A stretch of DNA of 64,000 nucleotides from Longimicrobiales bacterium. Its GTDB lineage: Bacteria > Gemmatimonadota > Gemmatimonadetes > Longimicrobiales > Gaopeijiaceae. The stretch spans positions 3,776,001 through 3,840,000 of the forward strand of contig OZ241869.1 of the NCBI GenBank assembly GCA_965202805.1. The letters are read 5' to 3'. The notes below the pieces were generated by a model. It was given only the letters and a program-made list of their open reading frames with translations. It ran no database searches and had not been told where the DNA came from. Of this stretch, positions 21,785 to 31,807 are shown one piece after another (position 1 is the first letter of the stretch; each line of letters begins with the position of its first letter). The position numbers and the translations under genes were made by a program.

Positions 21785-22798
21785 ATGCTTGAGCACGGGA
21801 GGGACAAGGTCAAAGGATGGCTCCTGCGGGGTTGCCTGATCGGATTGGCGGTGTCCGCCTGCGTGTCCGGCGCAGCGGAGGACGGCGCCACCCTGCGCGG
21901 TGACCAGGCCTGGGCGCACGGCGACTACGAGGAAGCGCTCGCCGAGTACCGGCTGGCGGTCCGCCGCGGGGCCAACTCCGGGGATGCGCATCTGCGGGTG
22001 GCGCATGCCTACGCCCGTCTGGGGCGAGTGGACGAGGCCAGACAGGCCTACCGGCGCGCCATCGATGTCGAGCCCGACCTGGTCGACCAGGCGGTCTCCG
22101 ACCTGGTTCGCCTGGCCCGCACGGCCCAGCAGCAGGCGGACCGCTTCGCCCTTGCATCGGCGCTGGAGGCTGCCGCGGAACTCGACCCGGACATCAACTT
22201 TGCGCGTCTGGCCTTCCCCCTGGCTTCACACTACGCGGCCAACGGCGAGCACGCGCGCGCTCTTGTCTTCTTTCAGCGCGCGCTCTCGGGGGATTCGGTC
22301 CCGGAGGTGCTGTACGAAGCCGCCCTCGCCTACGAAGAAGTGGGAGCCTGCGAGGCCGCTCTCGCCTTCTACCGGCAGTTTGTGGAGGCCGTACCGACAC
22401 CGCAGCAGCGCGATGCCGGGTGGCACATCGGCAAGTGCTCCTACGATCTGGCGCAGGAATTCCGTGAGGACGGCGACCATGAGGGGGCGCTGACCCTGAT
22501 CCAGGAAACCGTGGCTCGCGGCGAACCGCGGACCCACCTGGCCCGGGCCCATTATGAGATGGGTGAACTGCTGGTCTCCTTCGCCCGCTGCGAAGAGGCC
22601 GTGGATGCCTTCAGAGGAGCGGCGCGGGAGGATCCGTCGGCGTCCAGGGCACTCGCCCGCCGGGCCGAGGAGTGGATCGACCGGCTGCGCTTCGGGGTGT
22701 CCTCCGGCGATGAACAGCGTCGTGGAGTGATGGAGGGAGAGGAGGGCCCGGAAGGCGGCCCGCCGGGTTGGCCGGAAGACCTCGAGTGGGCGTGCTGA
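21785..22798 (+). CDS. TPR-repeat lipoprotein
   Basis: Lipobox-like LAVSAC after a hydrophobic stretch; many A..Y..A helical repeats; start ATG 21785 is uncertain. Confidence 0.8.
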   Translation: MLEHGRDKVKGWLLRGCLIGLAVSACVSGAAEDGATLRGDQAWAHGDYEEALAEYRLAVRRGANSGDAHLRVAHAYARLGRVDEARQAYRRAIDVEPDLVDQAVSDLVRLARTAQQQADRFALASALEAAAELDPDINFARLAFPLASHYAANGEHARALVFFQRALSGDSVPEVLYEAALAYEEVGACEAALAFYRQFVEAVPTPQQRDAGWHIGKCSYDLAQEFREDGDHEGALTLIQETVARGEPRTHLARAHYEMGELLVSFARCEEAVDAFRGAAREDPSASRALARRAEEWIDRLRFGVSSGDEQRRGVMEGEEGPEGGPPGWPEDLEWAC

Positions 22799-23922
22799 CA
22801 CGTATTCCGCTGATCGACCTGCCGGCGCAGTACGACACCATGCGGACGGAGATCGACCGCGCCATGGCCGACGTGGTCGAAAGCCAGAGGTTCGTGCTTG
22901 GACCGGCGGTCGGGGCGTTGGAGAGAGCCGTGGCGGAACGGGTCGGCGTGCGTCACGCGGTCGGATGCGCCAACGGCACCGACGCCATCTGGCTCGTGCT
23001 GCGCGCACTCGGGCTCGGTCGCTCCGACGAGGTGATCGTGCCGGCCTTTACCTTCTTCGGGACCGCCGGAGCGGTGTGGAACGCCGGCCTGCGCCCGGTC
23101 TTCTGCGATGTGGACCCGGAGACCTTCAACATGAATGCGGATACGGTGCGCGCGTGCTGGAGCGATCGCACCCGCGTCGTGCTGCCGGTGCATCTGTTCG
23201 GACAGATGGCGCCCATGGCCGAATTGCTCGAGCTCGCGCACGCACGGGGTGCCCGCGTGGTCGAGGACGCGGCCCAGGCGCTCGATGCCCGGCAGCAGAC
23301 GCCCGGAGGAGGGATCGCGTGCGCGGGAGCTTCGGGAAGGGCGGGAACCATCAGCTTCTTTCCCACCAAGAACCTGGGAGGGTACGGTGACGGCGGCATG
23401 ATCGTCACCGACGACGACATGCTCGCGCGGCGGCTGCGCAGACTGCGTGCGCACGGAAGGGTGAGCGACGGGAGCTACGACGCGGTCGGCGTCAACAGCC
23501 GCCTGGATTCCCTGCAGGCTGCGGTGCTGCACGCGAAGCTGTCCCGGCTGACCGACTGGACGAAGTCCCGCAGGGCGAACGCCGCGATATACGATGAGAT
23601 GCTTGCCGGCGTCCCGGGCGTCCGCCGCCCGCGGGTTCTCTCGGGGAACTTCCACACCTACCATCAGTACACGATTCGCGCGCGCGAGAGGGACAGGCTC
23701 CGGGACCACCTGCGCCGGAGAGGACTGGAGACCGGGCTGTACTACCCGCGACCACTCCACCTGCAGCCGTGTTTTTCGGAACTCGGATATCGCCCCGGAG
23801 ATCTCCCTGCAGCCGAAGCCGCGTGCCATGAAGTGCTCAGCCTTCCCGTGTTCCCGGAGTTGGGGGCTGACGGTGCAGCACGGGTGGCGCGCGCGATTCG
23901 GGACTTTTTCCGCGCAGGATGA
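22792..23922 (+). CDS. DegT/DnrJ/EryC1/StrS PLP-dependent sugar aminotransferase
   Basis: IPLIDL, NGTDA, PVHLFGQ, EDAAQA, SFFPTKNLGGYGDGG, NSRLD. Confidence 0.95.
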   Translation: MLTRIPLIDLPAQYDTMRTEIDRAMADVVESQRFVLGPAVGALERAVAERVGVRHAVGCANGTDAIWLVLRALGLGRSDEVIVPAFTFFGTAGAVWNAGLRPVFCDVDPETFNMNADTVRACWSDRTRVVLPVHLFGQMAPMAELLELAHARGARVVEDAAQALDARQQTPGGGIACAGASGRAGTISFFPTKNLGGYGDGGMIVTDDDMLARRLRRLRAHGRVSDGSYDAVGVNSRLDSLQAAVLHAKLSRLTDWTKSRRANAAIYDEMLAGVPGVRRPRVLSGNFHTYHQYTIRARERDRLRDHLRRRGLETGLYYPRPLHLQPCFSELGYRPGDLPAAEAACHEVLSLPVFPELGADGAARVARAIRDFFRAG

Positions 23923-24013
23923 GGCATCGGTTCATGGACGCGCCCGCCTTATTTCGCGATCCTTCAGTGAGGGAATCGGCATTGGTGTCATTCGGGACAA
24001 ACAGGGGTCGGTG

Positions 24014-24766
24014 ATGGGCAGGAGTCGTGCGTACGGCAGCGGGCGGACCCTGGTATTGTCCGCACTGGTCCTGGGCCTGTTTGCCGCCTGCAGGTCCACT
24101 CCGCCCTATTTCGGATTGACCGCCTCTCAGCTCCTCGAGTATTCGCAGGAGGCGTTCGACCGCGAAGACTGGGATGAAGCCGTGACGGCGCTCGAAAGGC
24201 TGGTGCAGGGAGCACCGGGCTTCGACCAGATGGCCGAGGCCCGCATGCTGCTGGCGCAGGCCTACCTGAACAAGGGGGACTACATCACCGCCAACTCCGA
24301 ATTCGTCCGTTTTTCGAGCACGTATCCGACCCACGAGCTCATGACCGACGCCGCGCTGGGGCTGTGCCGCTCGCACTCGCGTCTGTCACCGATCCTCGAC
24401 CGGGACCAGCAGTATACGGTGCAGGCGCTGTCGTCCTGTCAGGCGGTGACACTCGACTACCCGGGAACACCGGCGGCCGCGGAAGCCGATTCGATCCGCG
24501 ACGTCATGATGGAGAAACTCGCGTGGCGGGATGTCGGCCGGGGCGAGTTCTACTTCCGGCGCGGCCTGCTGGATTCGGGGCTCATCTACTTCGAGCAGGC
24601 GCTCGAGGGCTTTCCCGATACGAACGCGGCGCCGGCGGCCCTGCTCTTCATCTATCGCACCTACCAGCGGCTCGAATACGAGGAAGAGGCGGCCGAGGCG
24701 CGCCAGAGGCTGCTCGACCGATACCCGGACTCATCCGAGGCGGAGGAGATCCGCGATGTCGGATGA
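24014..24766 (+). CDS. bamD: Outer membrane protein assembly lipoprotein BamD
   Basis: Lipobox LFAAC; TPRs with YPTH, RDQ..T..A, YP, GEFYFRRG pattern. Confidence 0.85.
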   Translation: MGRSRAYGSGRTLVLSALVLGLFAACRSTPPYFGLTASQLLEYSQEAFDREDWDEAVTALERLVQGAPGFDQMAEARMLLAQAYLNKGDYITANSEFVRFSSTYPTHELMTDAALGLCRSHSRLSPILDRDQQYTVQALSSCQAVTLDYPGTPAAAEADSIRDVMMEKLAWRDVGRGEFYFRRGLLDSGLIYFEQALEGFPDTNAAPAALLFIYRTYQRLEYEEEAAEARQRLLDRYPDSSEAEEIRDVG

Positions 24767-25457
24767 GCGTGCCTCCGGAGGCATCGCGCTCTTCGGGGGA
24801 ACCTTCGACCCGCCACACCTCGGGCACCTGGCGGTAGCACAGGACGCCTTCGACGCCCTTCCCGTGCGGCGCGTCGTCTGGATTCCCTGCGGGCGTCCTC
24901 CGCACAAGCGCTCGTGGCGACTGACCTCCCCCGAGCTTCGCCTCGAGATGACCAGGGCGTCGGTTGCGAACGACGAACGCTTTCGGGTCAGCGACCGGGA
25001 GGTTGTGCGGACGGGCATGTCCTATACGGTCGACACGCTGCGGGAGCTGGTGGCGGCCGATCCCGCAACCCGCCTCTTCCTGCTGATCGGCCCCGATCAG
25101 GCGGCCGCCTTCCCCAGCTGGCGGGAGCCCGACGAGATCGCGCGACTGGCGCGGGTCGTGGTCATGGTGCCAGGTGGCGACTCCTTCGGACGGGTCGCGT
25201 CTCCCGGGGTGGAACACGACCAGTTGCCCGTCACCCGGATCGACGTCTCGTCGAGCGCGATCCGGGCCCGATTCAGCGAAGGAGCCCGGCTTCGGTATCT
25301 GGTGTCCGACGCGGTCCGCGCCATCGTGGAGCGGGAGGGGCTTTACCGACACACGGAACCCGCGTACACCGCGGCCGGGGGAATGGCGTCGGGAAGGGCA
25401 GCCGGAGCTGGTCACCGGCATGTCATGACGCGCGTGACGCGCTGGACGGAACGATGA
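24756..25457 (+). CDS. nadD: Nicotinate-nucleotide adenylyltransferase
   Basis: GGTFDPPHLGH, PPHK, SYTVDT, VSSSAIR. Confidence 0.95.
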   Translation: MSDERASGGIALFGGTFDPPHLGHLAVAQDAFDALPVRRVVWIPCGRPPHKRSWRLTSPELRLEMTRASVANDERFRVSDREVVRTGMSYTVDTLRELVAADPATRLFLLIGPDQAAAFPSWREPDEIARLARVVVMVPGGDSFGRVASPGVEHDQLPVTRIDVSSSAIRARFSEGARLRYLVSDAVRAIVEREGLYRHTEPAYTAAGGMASGRAAGAGHRHVMTRVTRWTER

Positions 25458-28400
25458 TCAAGGCATTCGCCAGGAAGGTATTCGGAGATCGGCACGCCAG
25501 GGAGGCGCGGAAGCTCCAGCCCCTGGTCGACGAGATCAACGAGGCATTCGAGGGGCTGTCGGGGCTTTCCCGGGATGAGCTGCGAGGGAAGACCGACGAG
25601 TTCCGTGCGCGTATCCAGGAACGAGTGGGTCCCGTTCTCGACCAGGCGCAGACCCTTCGTGAACGCAAGAGCCGGTCCCGGGATCCATCCGAGCGGGAGG
25701 GCCTGGGCCTCAGGATCACCGACCTCGAAAAGGACTATCTCGGCGAACTCGAGGAAGCTCTCGACGACATTCTTCCCGAGGCGTTCGCCGTCGTGAAGGA
25801 GGCGTGCCGGAGGCTCGTCGGATCGACGGTGCGGGTGACCGGGCACGACCTGGTCTGGGACATGGTCCCCTACGATGTCCAGCTGATCGGGGCGATCGCG
25901 CTCCACCGGGGGAAGGCCGCCGAGATGGCCACCGGTGAAGGCAAGACCCTGGTGGCGACGATGCCGCTCTACCTGAACGCCCTCGCCGGGCGGGGAGCGC
26001 ACCTCGTCACCGTCAACTCGTATCTGGCCCGCCGCGACGCCCAGTGGATGGGCTACATCTACGAATCGCTGGGCCTCACCACGGATGTGATCGACGAGCA
26101 CCAGCCCGGGTCGGAGGAGCGCCGGCAGGCATACCTGGCGGACATCACCTACGGGACCAACAACGAGTTCGGGTTCGACTACCTGCGCGACAACATGGTG
26201 CACGACCTGGCGCAGCGGGTACAGCGGGGCCATCCCTTCGCCATCATCGACGAGGTGGACTCGATCCTCATCGACGAGGCGCGGACGCCGCTGATCATTT
26301 CCGGACCCGTGGGGCGCGACACCTCGACGCCGTTCAAGCAGATGGCGCCGCTGGTGGGAAGGCTCTATCGGCAGCAGTCGAAGATCACCGGGCAGCTGGT
26401 GGCCGCGGCAAACCGCGAGCTGGAGGCAGGCAACGAACACGCCGCCGGCGAAAGCCTGCTGGCGGTCAAGCGCGGGACGCCGAAGAACAAGCGTCTGCTC
26501 AAGCTCTTCGCCGAGGATCCCGGGATTCAGAAGCTGGTGCAGAAGGTCGAAGGCGACTACATGCGCGAGAAGCGCCTGCACGAGCTCGACGAGCTGCTGC
26601 TGTTCGCGATGGATGAGAAGGGGCACAACGTGCACCTCTCGGACAAGGGGCTGGACACGCTGTCCCCGGGAGATCCCGACGCCTTCGTGGTACCGGATCT
26701 CTCCGAGGAGATGGGGGAGCTCGAGGAGGACGAGACGATCTCGGTGGACGAGCGCCGGGAACGCATTCAGGCGCTCGAGGACGAGTACGCGACCAAGAGC
26801 CAGAAGATCCACGTCATTCACCAGTTGCTGAAGGCATACGCCCTCTATCATCGCAACGAGCAGTACATCCTCGGCGAGAGCGGCGCGGTGGTGATCGTGG
26901 ACGAGTTCACCGGACGCCAGATGCCGGGCCGGCGGTGGAGCGACGGCCTGCACCAGGCGGTGGAGGCGAAGGAGGGCGTGGAGGTGCGGGGCGAGACCCA
27001 GACGCTCGCCACCATCACCATCCAGAACTATTTCCGCATGTATGACAAGCTGGCCGGCATGACGGGAACCGCGGAGACGGAGGAAAACGAATTCCACCAG
27101 ATCTACGGCCTGGACGTGATGGTGATCCCGACCAACCGGCCGGTGGTCCGTGACGACCGTGACGACCTCATCTTCCGGACCGTGCGCGAGAAGTACAACG
27201 CGCTCATGGACGAGATCCGGCATCTCAACCGGCTGGAACTGCCGGTGCTGGTCGGTACAACGAATGTGGATGTCTCGGAGACGCTCTCGCGCATGCTCAA
27301 GCGGCGCGGCATCCGCCACAACGTGCTCAACGCCAAGCAGCACCTGCGCGAGGCGGAGATCGTGGCCGAGGCGGGGCGCCCGGGGGCGGTGACCATCGCC
27401 ACCAACATGGCCGGCCGCGGCACCGACATCAAACTGGGCGACGGGGTCAGGGACGCGCGCACCGCAGGCTGGGCGCGCGCCCGCGGGCTCGACCTGGAGG
27501 AACTCTATCCGGTCGATCCCCGCCGGGTGACGGTGGATCTGCAGAAGAAGCCCGACGACTTCCTCGTCGAGATCGGCGGCCTCCACATCCTCGGATCGGC
27601 GCGGCACGACTCGCGCCGCATCGACCGCCAGCTCAGGGGACGCGCCGGACGCCAGGGGGATCCGGGAAGCTCGCAGTTCTTCCTGTCGCTCGAAGACGAC
27701 CTGATGCGTCTGTTCATGTCGGATCGGGTGGCGGGCGCCATGGAGAAGCTCGGTGCCGAAGAAGGCGAGGTGATCGCGCACCCTCTGGTCACCCGCTCGA
27801 TCGGCAGGGCCCAGATGCGGGTGGAGGGGAACAACTTCGAGGCGCGCAAGCGGCTTCTCGACTACGACGATGTCATGAACCAGCAGCGCGAGGTGATCTA
27901 CGACCTGCGCCTGTTCGCGCTGGAGGGAGGAGAGGATCTCAAGGGCGAGATCTGGGAAATGATCGAGTACGCCCTGGGAAGCACGCTGGACGAGTATGTG
28001 CCCGCTTCCGCCGCCGAGGAGGAGTGGGACCTGGCGGGACTCAAGCGCCGTCTGCTGCTCGAATTCCTGGTGCTCGTGAGCGACCTGCCCGACGGGGACG
28101 AGTCAGCCCCGGATCTGGACCATGACGACGTGGCGGCGATGGTCCTCGAGGCCGGAAGGGACGCCTTCCAGCGCAAACTGGAGGGATTCGGCGAGACGGC
28201 GGAGCGCGTCACCTCCTACATCATGCTGTCGGTGATCGACCAGAAGTGGAAGGATCACCTGTACGACCTCGACCACCTCAAGGCCTCCATCTCCTATCGC
28301 AGCTGGGGCCAGAAGGACCCGCTGGTCGAATACAAGAAAGAGGCCTACGACATGTTCGTGGACCTCATGCACGATCTGCGCAAGACACTGGCGTCGCTCA

Positions 28401-28753
28401 TCCTGCGGGCGCGGGTCGAGCAGCAGCCGATGGCACGGCGCCGGCCGATCGGGGGACAGCGCCTCACCTACACTGGCCCGCAGGAGACATCGGCCGCGAC
28501 GACCCGGGCACGGCCGTCGAGCCCGGTCTCGCGCCGGCCGGGTGGGCCCGGACGGGTCGACGCGACCGGAATCGCCCGCAGCGCGCGCGCCGCAACCGGT
28601 CCCGCAACCGACGTAGCCACGCTGGCGACCAACCGCGGGGAGGCGCGCAAGCAACGGCCGGTCACCGTCGAGGCCCGCCCGGGGCGCAACGATCCCTGTC
28701 CCTGCGGCTCGGGGAAGAAATACAAGAAGTGCTGCCAGGGGCGCGCCACCTGA
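25454..28753 (+). CDS. secA: Preprotein translocase ATPase SecA (long form, about 1099 aa)
   Basis: MATGEGKT, IIDEVDSILIDEARTPLIISG, ATNMAGRGTDI, RGRAGRQGDPG, SEC-C GRNDPCPCGSGKKYKKCC. Confidence 0.99.
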   Translation: MIKAFARKVFGDRHAREARKLQPLVDEINEAFEGLSGLSRDELRGKTDEFRARIQERVGPVLDQAQTLRERKSRSRDPSEREGLGLRITDLEKDYLGELEEALDDILPEAFAVVKEACRRLVGSTVRVTGHDLVWDMVPYDVQLIGAIALHRGKAAEMATGEGKTLVATMPLYLNALAGRGAHLVTVNSYLARRDAQWMGYIYESLGLTTDVIDEHQPGSEERRQAYLADITYGTNNEFGFDYLRDNMVHDLAQRVQRGHPFAIIDEVDSILIDEARTPLIISGPVGRDTSTPFKQMAPLVGRLYRQQSKITGQLVAAANRELEAGNEHAAGESLLAVKRGTPKNKRLLKLFAEDPGIQKLVQKVEGDYMREKRLHELDELLLFAMDEKGHNVHLSDKGLDTLSPGDPDAFVVPDLSEEMGELEEDETISVDERRERIQALEDEYATKSQKIHVIHQLLKAYALYHRNEQYILGESGAVVIVDEFTGRQMPGRRWSDGLHQAVEAKEGVEVRGETQTLATITIQNYFRMYDKLAGMTGTAETEENEFHQIYGLDVMVIPTNRPVVRDDRDDLIFRTVREKYNALMDEIRHLNRLELPVLVGTTNVDVSETLSRMLKRRGIRHNVLNAKQHLREAEIVAEAGRPGAVTIATNMAGRGTDIKLGDGVRDARTAGWARARGLDLEELYPVDPRRVTVDLQKKPDDFLVEIGGLHILGSARHDSRRIDRQLRGRAGRQGDPGSSQFFLSLEDDLMRLFMSDRVAGAMEKLGAEEGEVIAHPLVTRSIGRAQMRVEGNNFEARKRLLDYDDVMNQQREVIYDLRLFALEGGEDLKGEIWEMIEYALGSTLDEYVPASAAEEEWDLAGLKRRLLLEFLVLVSDLPDGDESAPDLDHDDVAAMVLEAGRDAFQRKLEGFGETAERVTSYIMLSVIDQKWKDHLYDLDHLKASISYRSWGQKDPLVEYKKEAYDMFVDLMHDLRKTLASLILRARVEQQPMARRRPIGGQRLTYTGPQETSAATTRARPSSPVSRRPGGPGRVDATGIARSARAATGPATDVATLATNRGEARKQRPVTVEARPGRNDPCPCGSGKKYKKCCQGRAT

Positions 28754-28767
28754 AAACCCGGCGCCCG

Positions 28768-29439
28768 ATGCGCGAATGGCCGCGCGGCGACCGTCCGCGC
28801 GAACGCCTCCGGGAAGTGGGCGTCCATGGGCTGGCGACGCGCGAGCTGCTCTCCCTCGTGGTCGGGACTGGAAGCCGGGGCGCGAGCGCAATGGATGTGG
28901 CGGACGCCCTGCTGCAGCGTTGCGGAGGATCGCTGGCGCGCATGGGATCGGCTCCGGCCGGGCTCCTGGAGGGCGTCGCCGGTGTAGGGGGGGCGACCGC
29001 CGCCCGTGTGTTGGCGGCGCTGGAACTGGGTCGGCGGGGCGTCCGGGAGCGCCTTGCCCCCCGGGACCCGATTCGCGGGCCCGGCGACATCTATGCGCGC
29101 ATGGCTCCCCGGTTGCGCGATCTGCGCCACGAGGAGTTTCACGCTCTTCTGCTCAACAGCCAGCACGGCGTGCTGCGCGAGGTGCTGATCACGCGCGGAA
29201 TCCTGGACGCCTCTCTCATCCATCCGCGCGAGGTGTTGCGGGAGGCGATCGTGGAGAGCGCGGCAGCGGTCATTCTGGTGCACAACCATCCCTCCGGAAA
29301 CCCGTCGCCTTCCGCGGAAGACCGCGAGGTCACCCGGCAGCTGTCGGCGGCCGGTCGCACGGTCGGGATCCCCGTGCTCGACCATGTGATCATCGCCGGT
29401 GAGGCGTTTCGTTCCCTGGCCCAGGACGGCTTGATGTAG
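28768..29439 (+). CDS. radC: RadC family JAB-domain protein
   Basis: RPRERL, ALELGRR, HPREV, HNHPSG..PS.ED, LDHVII. Confidence 0.95.
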   Translation: MREWPRGDRPRERLREVGVHGLATRELLSLVVGTGSRGASAMDVADALLQRCGGSLARMGSAPAGLLEGVAGVGGATAARVLAALELGRRGVRERLAPRDPIRGPGDIYARMAPRLRDLRHEEFHALLLNSQHGVLREVLITRGILDASLIHPREVLREAIVESAAAVILVHNHPSGNPSPSAEDREVTRQLSAAGRTVGIPVLDHVIIAGEAFRSLAQDGLM

Positions 29440-29589
29440 CGAACCCTCCGGAGCCCGACGGGGTTGCCGGCTGCGTTCGGTTGCGCGCAACGCCCGGTCC
29501 CTGCGGATACTGCGGCGGGCGATTATGTTGACGGGTCGGGCATCGCTCGAGACCGACGATACGCCGCTTTTTCGTTTTGCAGGGTCACG

Positions 29590-31803
29590 ATGGCGACTTC
29601 GACTGCCACGATTGCCAGGAACGCGGTGCAGAAACTGCCCGCGGACCTTGCTCCGGCCATAGAGGCGTACGCCGACCGCCTGGACGTCAGCCAGATCGAG
29701 AGGGCGCACGGGCTCGCAGCCGAGGCACACGCGGGCCAGCGGCGCGCCTCCGGTGCCAGCTACGTCACCCACGCAATCGGCGTCGCCACCATCCTGGCGG
29801 AGCTTCGTCTGGATACCGCCTCCCTGACCGCGGGCCTGATCCACGACGTCGTGGAGGACACCGCCGTCGACCTGACCGATGTGGAGGCCCAGTTCGGCGC
29901 CGAAGTGGCGGGCATCGTCGACGGGGTGACGAAGATCGGGAGGGTCCGCTTCCGGTCGAATGCGGAACGGCAGGTCGAGAACTACCGCAAGCTGCTGGTG
30001 TCGATGGTCCAGGACGCCCGCGTCATCCTCATCAAGCTCGCCGACCGGCTCCACAACATGCGAACGCTCGAGCACCTGCGACCGGCCAAGCAAAGACGCA
30101 TCGCGCTGGAGACGCGCAACATCTATGCCCCCATCGCCCATCGCCTTGGCCTGGCCGCCATCAAGTGGGAACTCGAGGATCTGGCCTTCAAGTTCCTCGA
30201 ACCCGACGAATACAACCGGCTCAAGAAGAAGATTCAGCAGCGCCGGCGGGAGCGTGAGCGCCAGATCATGGAAATGAAGCGTCCGCTGGTGGACATGCTG
30301 ACAGAGGCCGGCATCCCTCTCGTGGACGTGACGGGCCGGCCGAAGCACCTGTGGTCCATCCACAAGAAGATCCGCGCCAACGATCTTCCCTTCGAGGACA
30401 TCCAGGACCTGCTCGCGCTGCGCGTGATTACGGACTCGGTGCAGCACTGCTATGCGGCGCTCGGGGTCATCCACAACCGCTGGACTCCGGTGCAGGAGCG
30501 CTTCCGCGACTATATCGCAACACCGAAGTCCAACATGTACCAGTCCCTGCACACGACCGTGTTCGGTCCGCGCGGGCGCCGCTACGAGATCCAGATCCGC
30601 ACCGAAGCGATGCACCTGACCGCGGAGCAGGGGATCGCCGCGCACTGGCGCTACAAGGAAGGCGGGTCCGCCAGGAAGGACGAGGTCGGAGAAGCTCTGT
30701 CGTGGTTCCGCCAGGTGCTCGAGTGGCAGAAGGACACCAGCGAGCCGGAGGAATTCATGGAGTTCCTCCGCATGGACCTCTTCCAGGGGGAAATCTTCGT
30801 CTTCACCCCCAGGGGCGAGGTCAAGCAGCTTCCGGTCGGGGCCACCCCGATCGACTTCGCGTATTCCGTCCACAGCGCAATCGGAACGCATTGCGCCGGC
30901 GCCCGGGTGAACGGACGCATCGCCCCACTTTCGCGCAAGCTGAAGAACGGGGACACGGTCGAGATCATCAAGAACCCGAAGCAGCGCCCCAACCGGGACT
31001 GGCTCGCGTTCGTGAAGACTTCACGGGCGCGCGGGCAGATCCGCCGCTGGATCCGCAAGGAGGAATTCGCCTCCGCGCTCCAGCTGGGTGTCGATTTCCT
31101 GAAGCAGGAGCTGCGCAAGCGACGGCTGCCAAAGCCGGGCGACGACGCGAAGGTTCACGCGGCCGCACAACTGGGCTATCCCGACTTCGACCAGTTGCAG
31201 GCGGCGCTGGGGCGCGGGGACGTGGGTCCGGCGGCCGTGCTCAAGGCGCTCTTCCCGGACCGGGAGACGACTCCCGGCCTCCAGCAGCCCCCCTCCACCC
31301 TGCGGCGCATCGCCGCCAGGATACGTCCTTCCAGCAAGGGCGTGCGCATCCAGGGCGTGGACAACCTGATGGTGCGCTACTCCCAGTGCTGTCAGCCCGT
31401 GCCGGGCGACGACGTCATCGGCTACATCACCGTCGGCCGCGGCATCTCGATCCACCGGGCCGACTGCGCCAACGTGCTCTATCTGTCCCAGGACCCGGAA
31501 CGCAGGGTCGAGATCCGATGGACGGCGGAGAAGGGAGATACCCGGATGGTGAAGATTCACGCCCGGGCCGTGGACCGCCGGGGACTCCTGTCGGACATCG
31601 CCAAGGCCATCACCAACACCGGGACCAACATTCAGAACGCGGACGTCCGGTCGGACAAGGCCGGCATGACCGGCGAGTTCGTGGTGGAGGTGGAGGACCG
31701 GTCCCACCTGGAAAAGGTGCTCAAGGCCGTGAACCAGGTGAAGGGCGTGCTCACGGTGGAGCGGCGCGAGAGCAGGGGCGAGGCGGAAAGGACCGAGGCC
31801 TGA
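29590..31803 (+). CDS. rel: Bifunctional (p)ppGpp synthetase/hydrolase, long RSH
   Basis: HDVVED hydrolase motif, [32 protein letters not shown] (FTPRG, DFAY), CC motif and ACT domain. Confidence 0.97.
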   Translation: MATSTATIARNAVQKLPADLAPAIEAYADRLDVSQIERAHGLAAEAHAGQRRASGASYVTHAIGVATILAELRLDTASLTAGLIHDVVEDTAVDLTDVEAQFGAEVAGIVDGVTKIGRVRFRSNAERQVENYRKLLVSMVQDARVILIKLADRLHNMRTLEHLRPAKQRRIALETRNIYAPIAHRLGLAAIKWELEDLAFKFLEPDEYNRLKKKIQQRRRERERQIMEMKRPLVDMLTEAGIPLVDVTGRPKHLWSIHKKIRANDLPFEDIQDLLALRVITDSVQHCYAALGVIHNRWTPVQERFRDYIATPKSNMYQSLHTTVFGPRGRRYEIQIRTEAMHLTAEQGIAAHWRYKEGGSARKDEVGEALSWFRQVLEWQKDTSEPEEFMEFLRMDLFQGEIFVFTPRGEVKQLPVGATPIDFAYSVHSAIGTHCAGARVNGRIAPLSRKLKNGDTVEIIKNPKQRPNRDWLAFVKTSRARGQIRRWIRKEEFASALQLGVDFLKQELRKRRLPKPGDDAKVHAAAQLGYPDFDQLQAALGRGDVGPAAVLKALFPDRETTPGLQQPPSTLRRIAARIRPSSKGVRIQGVDNLMVRYSQCCQPVPGDDVIGYITVGRGISIHRADCANVLYLSQDPERRVEIRWTAEKGDTRMVKIHARAVDRRGLLSDIAKAITNTGTNIQNADVRSDKAGMTGEFVVEVEDRSHLEKVLKAVNQVKGVLTVERRESRGEAERTEA

Positions 31804-31807
31804 GGTC

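Noticed and set aside
24914..25453. N-terminal extension of SecA in the ORF track (likewise fusA 1758, bamD 23594, radC 28246, rpmB 19839, prfA 61074)
   Set aside because: Longest-ORF artefacts overlapping upstream genes; homologous N-termini start later
28768..29439. radC as a sign of a mobile or anti-defence element
   Set aside because: Full-length chromosomal type among housekeeping genes, with no integrase, repeats or composition shift seen
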